A stretch of 64,000 nucleotides of DNA from Sminthopsis crassicaudata. Lineage: Eukaryota. Of the stretch, positions 28,979-43,037 are shown in pieces; the stretch's first letter is position 1, and the number at the start of each line of letters is the position of its first letter. A program made the translations under genes and the position numbers. The stretch is taken from assembly GCF_048593235.1 (NCBI RefSeq), contig NC_133621.1, positions 153,289,341 to 153,353,340 of the forward strand, read 5' to 3'. The notes beneath the pieces were generated by a model. The model searched no databases. It was not told the origin of the DNA and worked only from the letters and a program-made list of their open reading frames with translations.

Positions 28979-30493
28979 TTTTTATTAATTTTATAATTAA
29001 CATTTTTTGACAGTATAGATGCATAGGTAATTTTTTACAACATTATCCCTTGTACTCCCTTCTGTCGCAAATTTTTCCCCTCCTTCCGTCCACCCCCTCC
29101 CCTAGATGGCAGGAATTCCCATACATATTAAATATGTTATAGTATATCCTAGGTACAATATATATGTGCAGAACTGAATTTTGTTGTTATTGTTGCAAAG
29201 GAAGAATTGGATTCGAAAAGTAAAAATAATCTGGGAAGAAAAACAAAAAATGCTAACAGTTTACACTCATTTCCCAGTGTTCCTTTTCTGGGTGTAACTG
29301 ATTCTGTCCATCATTGATCAACTGGAATTGGATTAGTTCTTCCCTATGTTGAAGATATCCACTTCCATCAGAATACATCCTCATACAGTATCATTGTTGA
29401 AGTGTATAATGATCTCCTAGTTCTGCTCGTTTCACTCAGCATCAGTTGATGTAAGTTTCTCCAAGCCTCTCTGTATTTCTCCTGTTGGTCATTTCTTACA
29501 GCACAATAATATTCCATAACATTCATGTACCATAATTTACCCAACCATTCTCCAATTGATGGGCATCCGTTCATTTTCCAGTTTCTAGCTACAACAAAAA
29601 GGGCTGCCACAAACATTTTGGCACATACAGGTCCCTTTTCCTTCTTTAATATTTCCTTGGAATATAAGCCCAGTAGTAGCACTGCTGGATCAAAGGGTAT
29701 GCACAGTTTGGTAACTTTTTGGGCATAATTCCAGATTGCTCTCCAGAATGGTTGGATTCTTTCACAACTCCACCAACAATGCATCAATGTCCCAGTTTTC
29801 CCACAGACCCTCCAACATTCATCATTATTTTTTCCTGTCATCTTAGCCAATCTGACAGGTGTGTATCTCAGAGTTGTCTTAATTTGCATTTCTCTGATCA
29901 ATAGTGATTTGGAACACTTTCATATGAGTGGAAATAGTTTCAATTTCATCATCTGAAAATTGTCTGTTCATATCCTTTGATCATTTATCAATTGGAGAAT
30001 GGCTTGATTTCTTATAAATTAGAGTCAATTCTCTGTATATTTTGGAAATGAGGCCTTTATCAGAATCTTTAACTGTAAAAATGTTTTCCCAATGTGTTAC
30101 TTCCCTTCTAATCTTGTTTGCATTAGTTTTATTTGTACAAAAGCCTTTTAATTTGATCAAATTTTTCTATTTTGTGATCAGTAATGATCTCTAGTCCTCC
30201 TTTGGTCACAAATTCCTTCCTCCTCCACAAGTCTGAGAGGTAAACTATCCTATGTTCCTCTAATTTATTTATGATCTCGTTCTTTATGCCTAAATCATGG
30301 ACCCATTTTGAGCTTATCTTAGTATGTGGTGTTAAATGTGGGTCCATGCCTAGTTAATTTCCAGTTTTCCCAGCAGTTTTTGTCAAATAATGAATTCTTG
30401 TCCCAAAAGTTGGGATCTTTGGGTTTGTCAAACACTAGATTGCTATTTTTATTCACTATCTTGCCCTGTGACCCTACCTATTCCACTGATTGA
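28979..30493 (-). mobile_element. 5'-truncated L1 (about 1.5 kb) with ORF2 C-terminal half
   Basis: ORFs 29368-29901 (177 aa, includes [19 protein letters not shown] zinc knuckle) and 30129-30347 (DPHLTPHTKISSKWVHDL). Perfect 11-bp TSD CAAAATATGTT at 28968-28978 and 30494-30504; poly-T at the left. Confidence 0.95.
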
Positions 30494-31822
30494 CAAAATA
30501 TGTTACATAGCATGCTAAAATCTTACTTTTTAAGGTCAAAAGCACAGACATTCACAAAATCTATTATTATTTTGCTCTTAAAGATCAAGTTTAATGGTCA
30601 TGGGATATGATCTTGTAGAAGGCAATATCTACTTATATGGGAAAATATTTCATCCAGACAATTTTAATACTATTACTGATGGTGTTTTGCTACAATGCTA
30701 TCAAATATCAGCTTAGATATTTGTCCTTCAGTAAATTAGAAAAATAAACTCATTAGCCTATCTCAGTTCTTTGAGAATTCTGGTTAATAGAGGATTGTAA
30801 ATCAACAAATATGGCATGTATTAAACATTTACATTGTGGAATGTTAAATATTCATGAGTATAAATATAAAGATTATTGGACCAAGAAAGAGAAAGCACAT
30901 TGAAGACAATTTTCAAACACCTGATTTGAAGAAATTATTCATTTTAGATTGTTATACTTCAGTGAATAGTTCAGTGAATAAACTCTAAAATTTGCTGAGG
31001 AAGAACTCACTAAGAATATTTTTAGCCAAGAAGAACAGTAATGAAACAAAACTATTGCTGAATGATCAGTGTTCCCTTTTTTGGATCCATCATATATTAA
31101 GAGCTATTATGTCTAAAAAATGTCTGAAAAAAAGATTCTAATGAAACTAATAAGTAAAATGTTGGAGAAGGAGATTTTCTTACAAATGTAAATCAAAGAA
31201 TAATAGCTAAAATGGACACTGGATTATACTTCATCCAAACTCCTTTACAATAGAACAATTCTTTCTATAATACAGGAGAATCGTGACATCAGGGAATGCT
31301 TAGAACTTTAAAAGGTAAAGCCTTATGAAAGTCAATTCAATTCAAAAAACATGTGTGCAAAGCACCAATTCTAAAACATCAAATATACAAAAGTGAAAAC
31401 CAGCACATTACAGGACTTACTGCTCAAGGAGCTTAACCCAAATGGGGATATGAAATATAAGTATTTTAAATTCTAGAAGCTTATAATGCAAAGTGTTAAA
31501 ACAGCACAGCCCTAGATAAGTGAGCAGTTACTAGTCCAGCTGGGATGAAAGAAAGTATAGCTAATAATCCACTTTGGCATAGGAAAAACTTTTCCTACTA
31601 TCTCTTTTTCTACTCCACCTTCCACCTTAATTTGAAGATTCTATTAATTCTATCTTTACAGTATATTCTTCATCCATCTACCCTAAATTCATGCTACTTC
31701 TTGCATTGTAGTCTAACTCTTCATTACTATTCCCGTGGACAATCTTAATATTCTCAATAATTCATCTTCTTTCTTTCAATTCATTTATCTTCAACATATT
31801 CTGATGAAATACACACAAATCT

Positions 31823-31862
<40 letters not shown>

Positions 31863-32049
31863 CCTACTCAAAACTCTCTTCATCTTACTCCCCAACTCTT
31901 TTCTGGTGGGAATTTAAGGTCTTTTATCTATTAGTAACAGCCCATCCTCTCAAGTTTATTTTAGATTACTCCCTTGCATATACTTGCAGCCAAACTGTAT
32001 AGGGAGCTTATTCCAAATTTTATCTGGAGTACTCCCACTCAATAAGATT

Positions 32050-32690
32050 AATTATGTTTCCCCAAAATAAGTTTTTTGGATATCTGAAAACAGCTATACC
32101 TTCTCATGAATCTTGTTCCAGGTTAATGTTTACATGTATTTTAACCTTTTTTGAGACATTATTTTTCAGATTCTTCACAATTATAGTCACTTTTTGCTAT
32201 AACTACATTAATTTGATAGTATCCCTCCTAAAATAAGGGGGCCAGAGAATCCCAGATGTGCTTTCATTAACAAACACTAGAATAGAACTGAATTTTTCTT
32301 GAAATTAAATCTGTCTTCTATTACATTTTTCTTACCTTCCATAGAATCTCTGATAAATAACTGACTTATGTTGAATTTGGAATAAGCAAAAACCCCAGGT
32401 CTTTCTCATATATTAAAACCATCTCTTCCCTGTTTTGGATAAATATGAAGTTTTTAGCCTGAATACATGACTGTGCCTTTTACCACAATTAATTTCATCT
32501 GCCTGCTTTGGGCCGTCAGTTCATCCAAATAGATTTTTTTGAACCTGGAATCATCTACTAATTCACTGCTTTAGCTATCTCCCTTGGATTTCTGCAATCT
32601 GATAATTTGATATTATTTCTATATTACTATCCAAATTATTGATAGAATGTTGAAAATGTGGTCAGTTACAGTGGCAATTTTGCCATTAAG
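32050..32690 (-). mobile_element. L3/CR1 LINE relic
   Basis: ggatatctgaaaacagctatacc...ccctcctaaaataagggggccagaga resembles the 10.7-11.2 kb relic. Boundaries approximate. Confidence 0.5.
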
Positions 32691-34784
32691 CTTTGGAGCT
32701 AAACTGATTGTTTTGGACAAGATTTCTATCTCATTTTGTGAAACCATATGTATTATAAGGAAAGTTTTTAAATTGTATAGAAATGAGGCATTATGAAGTG
32801 GTATAATGGTCTTAATCACATTTTATAGATAGTGCTATCACTGTTTGCCCTCACAAGTAGAATTGAAGACAATGTGTTTATGTGTAAGGCAAAATTGTCC
32901 TATTTCTAATATTCAAAAAGCCAAAGGCAGTTGAGAACTGTCATATCAGCTGCTTAATTTTTTAATCTCAGAAAGAGGAAAAAAATCCCTCCTTATAAAG
33001 AATTTCTGAGGATAGATTATATTTTTAAAACTCTAAAGATTACTTAACTACATAAGTTCTTTGTAAAATTACTGGTAAATATAATCAAATAAGATCAAGT
33101 TCACTACTCAAAGCCCCAGGAACTACTACTGTATTACACATCATTTAGCACTACCACCACAACAAAAAATGTTCTAATTTATGATATAACATTGCATTAC
33201 AAAATACATATCCACATGAAATCTATGCAATGAATATTTTGTATCATGGTCAAATTCTTTACGAAATCCTAACAAAAGTATCCAAAACATTGATATCTTG
33301 TAAGAAACCACTCTGAGAACAATCACATCGTGTTGGCCAGATGAGTGATGATAACTTATTTACTGGCCTTCTTTTTCTATTCAAGCAAACACTTATTATG
33401 CTGTTGTATCACTAAAAAAAAATGACACAAGCCATGATATAGATGGCAGTAAATCCTCTCTCTATATATACATCTTCTTGTTGAATGAGTCATCATTATT
33501 TATTATTTGACATCTGAGCCTGACTTTTCTGAGAAAAGACAGGATAAACAATCAAAGCATTAAAATCTGTTGCTTGAATATTCCCCTCATGCCATATTAT
33601 AAAACAAACAGCTTTAATTTTTCAAAGAAAGAACTAAAGAGTTAATAAACTCATAGAATGCCTGGTTATTCCAAATTCACTTTGAAAAAATGATAAGGCT
33701 GTGAAATCCTGCTGTTGAGGTAGCAATTCTACCTCTTCTTTGGTGATTTTTAACAGGGTCTTGATGGTCTCACTTAACCATTAATATAAGGGACTAGAGG
33801 CAATGGAGACATTCAGCAACTGAGTAGTATTTCAGCATTTTGATGATAGCTGTGAGTATTCCTGACAGATAAGATGGATGATTTGGCACTTGTAAACTGT
33901 AACTGCATCTCCTTGTAACTTTTTTCAAGTGTTTAAGGAAGCAACATTCAATCTATAGCTTTTTCCAACATAAACCTGAACTTATTATATTGCTGGAAAT
34001 TACTAAGAACTTCTTAGATTTTCCATATGATTCTGGGTTTGGTTTTGTTTGGGGAGAGGTTATGGGAGTTGGAATTATTTTAAACATAACCATTTAATAT
34101 ACAACTGTTATTTTTAAAAAAAATCCTTAAATGCAAAATGGAAACACTGATTCTCCTCCATGACTCTTGGTCAGATGTTTATCAAAGTAGCTTAACCAAA
34201 GTAGCCTGGTCAACATGCTGTAAAAAAGATTTAGAAAAATATTAAGAAAAAACTAAAATATTAGAAATAAAAATAGGTCTATGATGAAAGATTCTTTTTC
34301 TTTTTTAATCTAGATCTTTGATTCCAAGTTTTTATGAATTCCTTTATGAAAACAATGTATTTGGTCTTATAAAATTGTCAAAGACATTGGGATGTTGCAT
34401 GATTTGCCATGATCTCATGACTGGTCAGTATAAGTAAGAGACTTGAACACAAAATTACCTGCCTTCAACAATAATAATTTTTACTACAACATTTTCTCCC
34501 TCTACAAGAAAGATCATCAGTTTTTCATTCTAGAGCAAAATTTAAGGTGTGCTTTGTAACTAGATTAAAAATAAAACAAAACAAAACAACAAAAAAAATA
34601 ACTTTTTCAAAAAAAAGTATAAGGACAAAAGATGGGTTTAAGTTAAAATAGGGTAAGTTGGATGAAACATAATACTTGACTGTAAATATCATAAAAAGCA
34701 AGAATGAACTGCTCCATCTTTAAAGATTTTAGGAGAATATGTATTGATTTTTCTGAATAGTTTGGAAATGTATATCCCTAACAG

Positions 34785-34959
34785 NNNNNNNNNNNNNNNN
34801 NNNNNNNNNNNNNNNNNNNNNNNNNNNNNNNNNNNNNNNNNNNNNNNNNNNNNNNNNNNNNNNNNNNNNNNNNNNNNNNNNNNNNNNNNNNNNNNNNNNN
34901 NNNNNNNNNNNNNNNNNNNNNNNNNNNNNNNNNNNNNNNNNNNNNNNNNNNNNNNNNNN
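34785..34959. other. Assembly gap (175 N)
   Basis: N run. Confidence 1.
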
Positions 34960-36584
34960 TAAGATCTTAAGGTTCCTTCTAGCTTTATGATTTCACCATG
35001 CTTTAATTATGTTGGCCAAATAGTCATTGAAAATCTGGGTTTTGAATTACAAAGCATAGTTTATGTTGTATAATCGGGCTACATCTTCAGTTTATATGAC
35101 CAAAAGTTAGATAAGAAATAAAGGCAAAAGAATTACTAGTCTGTCATTCATACTAACCTATAGAACACTTTGTATAATTCCCAAACATTTGGAAAAGGAC
35201 TACCTTACTCTTTCTGTATTCTAGATAGTCCCTAACTAGAAGTAGAAGTTAAAGTTGCAATTCAGGGAGAATTTGGTGTTTTTCTTCTGTCAAGGAAGTT
35301 AGGGGTCATAGTACCAAATTTGCAGTCTGGAAGTCTTGACCTTGAATTCCATTTGAAATACTTATTAATTAGTCAAATAACTTTACCATTCACTTTCAGT
35401 TTCATCTGTAAAGTAGGAATCAAAATAGTATCTGCCTCACAGAGTTGTTATAAGGGTCAAATAAAATAATATAAATAAGTGTAATGTTATATAAGGGACA
35501 TGCCAATATGATTTATATATAATACCACATACTTCCAATTAATTAAAATTATGGAACTGAATATCTGGTGCTTTTAAAATTCAGCATTCTTTTCTTTTTG
35601 ATGGGCAAAATGGTTAAGGAGGAGTTAAATGTGTCATGGAGAAAAAAGGCAATATCAATACATGCAAGCAAAAAAAAAAATAATGTGGTAGGATAAAATG
35701 GTATCTATTTTCTCCACTTCCCTCCTTACTCTTCCTACTCTTAATTTAAAATAAATTTATTTTATTTATTTACCTTGTTTACATGATCTCATTTTTCTGG
35801 TCAGAGACTATACTTCCTTTCCATCAAACCAACAACTAATTCCAAGGGCCTAATCATTTTAGATAGTTTGGTGTTTTCCTTGCTTTCAAATGTGTACATG
35901 AGGTTTCTACCATCCCTATCTACATCATTCAAAGAATGATGTGACAATCTGTTGATCTATGGTTTTATACTTAATCTTTTGAATTCCTCTTACCAAAATT
36001 CTATTACCTGGCCACTACACTCCCCTATATTCACCGAATTTTCTTTTTTGAATATAAATTTCTTTAAGATAAGGGCAGCCTTATTTTTGTATTTGAAACT
36101 CTAGTTCTTAGTATAGTGTCAACTATACTGTAGATGATTAAATATTTATAGCTTAATGGACATACAAATGTGCATATCTAATATATATCCAGATGCCATT
36201 GTGGAAATGACATTTCCTATTTAAAGGAGGTATTTGATATTTCCATCATAAGCAGTATATATGTATACAATGTACATATATATTACAGGATATTATATGT
36301 AAATATGTATAAAAAAAGCATATTCTATATATAAATACAACCATCTATATACATATATATATATATATACATGTATATAGATGTTCCTAATCCATACTTA
36401 TGATGAAAAAATGTGTCTTCCATTTTAATGAAGAGTGTACACTTAAATAATATGAAATTGATTTTTACCCCAAAAGAAAGAATCAATTTAAAGGGGGATT
36501 TCATTTTGGAAGAAAAGTCTGTGCATATTGAAATTATATTAAACTAGAAAGGAATAATTTTTAAAATCTTTACATTAAGTATTC

Positions 36585-36725
36585 TTAATCTGAGGTCTGT
36601 AATTTATTTTTGTTCCTGTAATTTATTTCCTTTGTAATCATTTGTATTTTATCATATGCTTTAAAAAATATATCATCCTGAAAAGAAGTCCATAGGTTTT
36701 ACCAGATTGCCATGAAACAAAAAAG
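36585..36725. mobile_element. Probable non-autonomous hAT/Charlie-like DNA transposon fragment
   Basis: cttaatctgaggtc...ttcctttgtaatcatttgtatttt...gaagtccataggttttaccagattgcc; a related segment lies at about 49505-49565. Family assignment is from recall only. Confidence 0.45.
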
Positions 36726-37854
36726 ACCCCCCCCAAAAAAAAAAAAGGAAACAAAAAAGAACTGTGTTAGAGAAAGTAGGTGGGAAAATACCAAAAACAA
36801 GCAATCTAGATGATCAATACAAACATTAAATGCTTATAAAATGGTTTCAGTTTTTGTTTTTTGTTTTGTTTTGTTTTTTTTACCTTTACATCCTGCAAAT
36901 AGGTGAGCAATGATATTGAAGTAAAAAAGCAAGGGTGTATGAAAATTTTCAAAGCTTCATAATGGATGCATTAATTTTTAATTAAAGCTACCCTTGCAAC
37001 CTGAGGGAAACAAGTAAAGCTATAATTGGAAAAAGTCACCACCAGTATTTGTTTATGATAACCTTCCCCCAATTTTGCTTCAGCAAAGCGCCTAGAGACC
37101 TTCATTTACTCAGTGCAGTCCCTTAGCTAGGCTGATATGTGAACAATGAGGCGCCTGATGTCATTCACTGCTGTCTCACAGGAGCCATCGCTAGAGGACC
37201 AGTGGTTTTATTGCATCAGTCTCCCTTCTGGAATTGTTCATTAATACTTGCAGACATTTCAGCCTAGCTTGGCAGTGTCTGGTAATATATGTGAAGAAGT
37301 CAAAGTTCCTTTTCTCTGACCACAGAGACTTTGAAAGTCAGCTGTAACTTCTAAAGGAAGATCGTACATGGGTGATACAATATTTAAACTGAGAAGACTT
37401 TTCAGAAATGAGACAGATTTTGAAAACTATGCCAGATTCAATCAATCAGTCAATCAATAAGTAAACATTTATTAAGAGCCCATGGTATGCCAGACACTAT
37501 TTTATTCTTAGGATCTGTAGGAGAGGCTGCTTAGTTTGAGTAATGGAAAGCCAACCCTGGCATAATGAAGATATGGGCACAAATCCTAACAATTTCTCCG
37601 TGACCCCTGGCAGTTTTCCAAGCCCTTAAATTGTGGAAATATAAAAAGAGTTCCTTGTGCAAAGTTCCCTGCAAGAATAAATTCCTCCATATTTTGGGTG
37701 CCCCAATAGTTTTAGTGAAGATTTAAGTTTTAATAACTTTATTTAATAACAGCATCAATAAAACTTTTAAAAAGCAAAAAAAATAAAATAAAATAAAAAT
37801 GCCTGTTAAGTGAAAGGCACCATTCTGAGTACTATATAATTATTATCTTATATA

Positions 37855-38000
37855 AATCAAACAACAACCCTGGGAGGTGAGCATCATTATCATACCCCTT
37901 TTATAGAGAAGGAAACTGAAGCAAATTAGAGATAGGATGATTTGCAGAGGAATCATACAAGTAATAAGGCCAAATAATTCAGATATTTCTGACTCCAGGT
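37855..38000 (-). mobile_element. MIR-like SINE
   Basis: caaccctgggaggtgagcatcattatcataccccttttatagagaaggaaactgaagca, a reverse MIR core. Confidence 0.7.
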
Positions 38001-38027
38001 ATGGTGTTATTTTTATTCATTATTATT

Positions 38028-38170
38028 ATTTTGCCAGACAATTGGGATTAAGTTACTTGCCCAAAGTTTTACAGCTAGTTAGTGTTAAGTGTCTGAGGCT
38101 GCATTTGAACTCAGATTCTCCTGACTCGAGGGCAGGTGTCCAGCTATCTACTGTGCCATCTGGCTGCCCC
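38028..38170 (-). mobile_element. Short marsupial CORE-SINE (WSINE1-like)
   Basis: caattgggattaagttacttgccc...gtgtctgaggctgcatttgaactcag...tactgtgccatctggctgcccc with an (attt)n tail at the left. Confidence 0.75.
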
Positions 38171-39894
38171 CAGGTCTGTTCTATCCACTGTTTCATTTCT
38201 ACTCAAATATCTATTTAATTCTGAAATGGAAAATTTTAGTATAAAATAATATGCAGCAGAATTTTACAGTATTTCCATTGAATCTCCTTCTGAAGATAGT
38301 TGACAAGGCAGATAAATATAGTAAGACACAAAAGTGTATGTAGAAAATATCAAGATACATGTTGAAGTAGGCATATTAAATGTTTTTAGTAAAGGGAAGA
38401 GGGTCAAGTTCAAGCAGATAAATAAGGAAAATCACAGATATGAGATAATTTAAGGATTTTTTTTTGCATAGTAAATAAAAATGCTGCTCAAAAGGGAAAC
38501 AATGTTGAAATATATGTGTTTATATCTATATCTATATATATATATATGTGCCTCTATCGGTATCCATCTTGATATGTCTGTGACAAGCATAAATTTAGAG
38601 AAGTCTCCACTTCAAATGTTCATATGGACTATTTGTGCCCAATCTGTGGTAGAGCCTTCAATGCTTATATTGGTCTAATCAGCCATAGTTGAGTAATGTC
38701 ATTTTGGCTCTTTTCAGGAATTAATTGAGACTACTGCACTGAGATTTCTAGCTGGTCTAATTTAGTAGCACTTTTTTTTAAAGTAGAACTTAGTTCACTT
38801 CCTCAATAAATAGTAAGGTTTAACCCAGTCTCTTATATCCACTTTATTTGTAGCACTATTTAAGATGGGAACAATCCTAGGGTCACAGAATTGAAGACTT
38901 CAGGATATGTAGGTCTAGTTCCCAGTTCTATTATCTATCAGCTTCATGCCCATCAGCAATCACAAAACCACTCTTGAGTTCTTTAAAAATAGGATAATAA
39001 TACATTTCTTAACTCAGGACTGTTGTGAAGAAAGCCTCTGTAAGCTTTAAAATACTATATAAATGTGAGCTATTACTATAGCACTGCAGAGGCACTGCAA
39101 GAGCTTTAATTTCCTCCTGCATCAAAGGAAGATTAAATCGTTTTGAGCATAGCTTAAGTTCATTTTTATTCTTAGAAAATGAGTAATCCTAATATAGTGT
39201 TTAGATTGTAAGAGTACTTAATCTGAAATCCACAAGAAATGTGTAAAGATTGGAGGGGGTAGAAATGTCCTGTGAATTTTGATGTAGGAAAAAAGTGCAT
39301 TTTTATTTCTATTAATCTTTGACTGAAATAAGCATTTCCTTTGATATAAAATTTTAAAATATATATGATTAGAAGGAGTCTATAGGGTTCACTAATCTCA
39401 AAGGACCTATGACAGAACAATGATTAAAAACGACTTTTTAAGGGGAACTTTATGTTAACCAGAATATTTAATAACCCCACTGACAAACTGATTTATATAA
39501 ACCAAATTCATTGTAAACTGTTCATTTTTTAATTCTATATTACACCTCCCCTCCTCATCCTGCCCCAAACTCACTGAAGGCAAGAATTATATTTAGTTTT
39601 TAATATGTAGCACCAGGCTATACACGCTTTGGGTGCTCAATAATATTTGTTTCTCTCTTAAGTTATATTCAGAGAAATTGAGGGTTTGTTTTTTTTTTTT
39701 TTTTAATTTCACCCAACCTCTCCTATTTGTGTATGATTAAAAATACCATCTTGTAATTAATTAAAATAGAGCACCAGTAATTCAGTTCATTAAAGTGTCC
39801 CTTGTCTTTGTGACCTTTTTTTTTTTTTTTTCTATTTTCATTCTTTGAACTGGCTTTAACATCCAATAATTCTCTCTCCCTTCCTCCTTCCCCC

Positions 39895-39896
<2 letters not shown>

Positions 39897-39939
<43 letters not shown>

Positions 39940-39940
39940 T
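39897..39940. repeat. (CA)n microsatellite
   Basis: Directly visible. Confidence 0.9.
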
Positions 39941-40389
39941 GCATACATACCGGGAAATGTGTGTATGTGTGTTCACACAAACACAATGTGGCACATAACA
40001 TTTAAATCAATTACTGTACTTTTGACAAAAATAACCATCACCTATTATTTAATATATATTTTGACTCTCTTCAAACTCCCTTCCCCAAGAGGTTTCATGT
40101 AGGTTCAGTGTTTTCAGAATTTAGGTTTTAGAGAATAGGAATGAGCAATGTCTCCCCTTGATGGGATTATTTTCTAATTCAAACACATAAATTTATGTTA
40201 TATTCTTTTCTCATTATACTATATAACTTGACTACTAATTATTATATCCCCCAAAAGGTTACCACCTTAATATAGGAAATGCTATATTGAGAGGTAACAA
40301 CTTAAATTGCCATTTTTACTTAAATAATCAAAAATACTTGAACAACTATTTGTTTTAGACAAATAAACTTTCATTCATGTAATAAACAT

Positions 40390-40877
40390 TGTAGAGGGCC
40401 ACAGATAGTGGAGGAACTCTGGGTAAGCTATAAGACCCTTCAGCCCAGAAGGAACCAGATGACAATGTCTAGTTTGGCTCCCCATCTCCCTTTGGTGAGT
40501 CTCATCCTTCCTGAGAAGTCAAGGAGGGTGTGACCATCTGTGTTCTACTTGAAGCAAGGGATACTTACAGTAAAGAAGCATTTACATATCAATAGCAAGG
40601 TTCTTATAGTTAGCACATGCTCAGTGTGCTACAATGATGTAATTGTACTAAGGTATTTAGGGGCTGAGAGGACTTGAAATAAAGGGACTCTATCTTTGAC
40701 CATTCTCTTGGGTCTCCTGCCTCATCATTCCTCCATTAAAAGGAAGGACTTGGGCTGATCCTGAGATCCTCCTGAGAGTTAGTCAGGATGGTATATTTTG
40801 GCACCCCAGCATGGGGATTCTAGAAAGCATAGTACATTTTGGCACCCCAATTTGGGGGCTGTAGAAGGCATACTACA
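40390..40877 (+). mobile_element. ERV (class II-like) solo LTR extended by two tandem PBS-containing 41-bp units
   Basis: TGTAG...TACA termini; 6-bp TSD AAACAT (40384-40389) / AAACGT (40878-40883); AATAAA near 40678; PBS-like TGGCACCCCAGCATGGGG and TGGCACCCCAATTTGGGG. Confidence 0.85.
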
Positions 40878-41247
40878 AAACGTATATAAATCTTTAAAAG
40901 GAAGTTAAACTCAAACTTTCAAGTTTTATTTATTTACATTTTCCAAGTCATGAGCAATAACGATTGACCTACTTTAGTCATGATTGTTCATAGGTTTGTT
41001 TGTTTTTTTTTTAATTGGTCTCCCCCCATCTTCTTTTAAAAATTACATCATGAATAACCCATATAACATACAGATAAGTAAATCAACTCATGAGTCTATG
41101 TCCAATATATATCCATAGGAAAAAAAATTAATATACTACATAGTAAATACCTTAAAAATTTACAAAGTTGAATATACCCCTTTTGATCTTCTGATTAATG
41201 TGAAAAATTTTAAATATATCAAAACCAGGAAAAAACAAATCAATTCA

Positions 41248-41436
<189 letters not shown>

Positions 41437-43037
41437 TTAATAGACTAATAATTTTGGCAAGTGAAGGCAATCTTTATTGTAATGCTCACTTTCTTCTGTT
41501 ACCTAACTTTAACTTTGATTTAAATCAAGGACAATTTTTTTTAAGTAAAACAATGAAGATTTAAACTACTATACCCTCAATCAAAATGTATGTTTCTTTT
41601 ATTGTTGCTGTTGTTTTCTTTTCTTTAAACTAGATGTATTCAAAGTTGTTCTGGAGAGAAGCTAGATTCTCAATGTGTGAGGAAAAGGAAATCCCTCATG
41701 TCTCCAACAGATGGCTTGCACATGCATGGCTAAATCTGCTTTTTGAGCCAATGCCTGGTAGTGCTTTTACCGTCTTGTGCAAAATGAATCTAGGCACACA
41801 TACAGGAATGGGTCCAACACCCTCTCTGGGCAGAATTCCAATGTTCTGTTTTCCTGCTACCAGTCTTTCCACTCTGATCTTGACTGGGTTTTGAGATTAT
41901 GAGGGGATTTCTTTAAAATAAAAGGACATGGTGATGATAAAGCAAATTTTTATATGATTTGTTATCAGATTGATAAATCTATGTTTTGATTTTTTCCAAT
42001 AGTTTATTCTACTCTTAATGTTAAGATTATTAGACTCAGTCATATTATGAATTAACATACTCTGATTTTAAATTTAAGTCTAAATTTTCTAATGTAGACT
42101 AGTTAATTTCAGGTTCATTACATCAGTCACACAAATTCAATACATTCATTATTTTTTCAAAAAAATTTGCATGCTATTGAATTGGGTCATGTAGCCTTAT
42201 AAAATTCAAAAAAAGGAGATGGTTAAGTGATTTAATCTTAATCTATCCCAAAAGTTCTCCATCTGTTTTAGTCTGACTTTTGAAGAATCTTACTCCAAAC
42301 TTAAAGGACTCACAGAAGTACCAAGTATTTTCTAGATATTTCCATGCAAAAGGCATGACATGGTCACTTAGAACACTAGGTCATGCTCAAATAAGAAGGA
42401 ATACTGGCATATATTGACTTAGAAAATCACAGATTCACATTATCGTGTTTTCCAATTACATTTTAATCTGCTTCAGATCTCACATTGGACTTCTGTGATT
42501 GCAGGGCTGTGAGTTGATAATCTCTCAGATGACAAGAAACATAACTGTCACCTTAAGAGAATGCTGCCAAGAAGGGTGTACCCAGGTAATTTCTTGTACA
42601 TGTCTGACACTTCTCAAGCTCGCTTCATCTTTCTTCACTGCTGAGGAAATATAGCCAACATGGGCTTCTAATGTTTATTTCAAGTATTTTCAAGGTTGAG
42701 AACTTAACTGCACAAAGCTAAACAGTGCAATGCCAACAACTTTCATTTACTGTGAACTATTCGAGAGGAACAAATGTAGAAGGGTATGTGCATATAATAC
42801 ATACTATTTAAATATACCAGATAAAAATGGCTCCATCCTCTGATAGGGTCTGAAGAAAATGACAGTAACATTTAAGTTAACTATCAGTTCAAAGCATTAA
42901 GGCTAATGTTGAGGAAAAGATTTCTGGTTGCTTCAGCTGCTTTAGATACCCCCAAAATCAATTTCACTTAATTTTATTCTACTTTTGCAACATGAAATAG
43001 TTGGCCTATGGGTTTTCTCCCCTTTATTTTTCTCCTG

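Noticed and set aside
31015-31080. Peptide LAKKNSNETKLLLNDQCS faintly like a Tigger/pogo DDE motif
   Set aside because: Too short, no flanking TIRs or further motifs recognised.
40796-40877. CRISPR-like reading of the 41-bp repeated units
   Set aside because: Only two adjacent units with no unique spacers, in a mammalian LTR; explained by PBS/U5 duplication.
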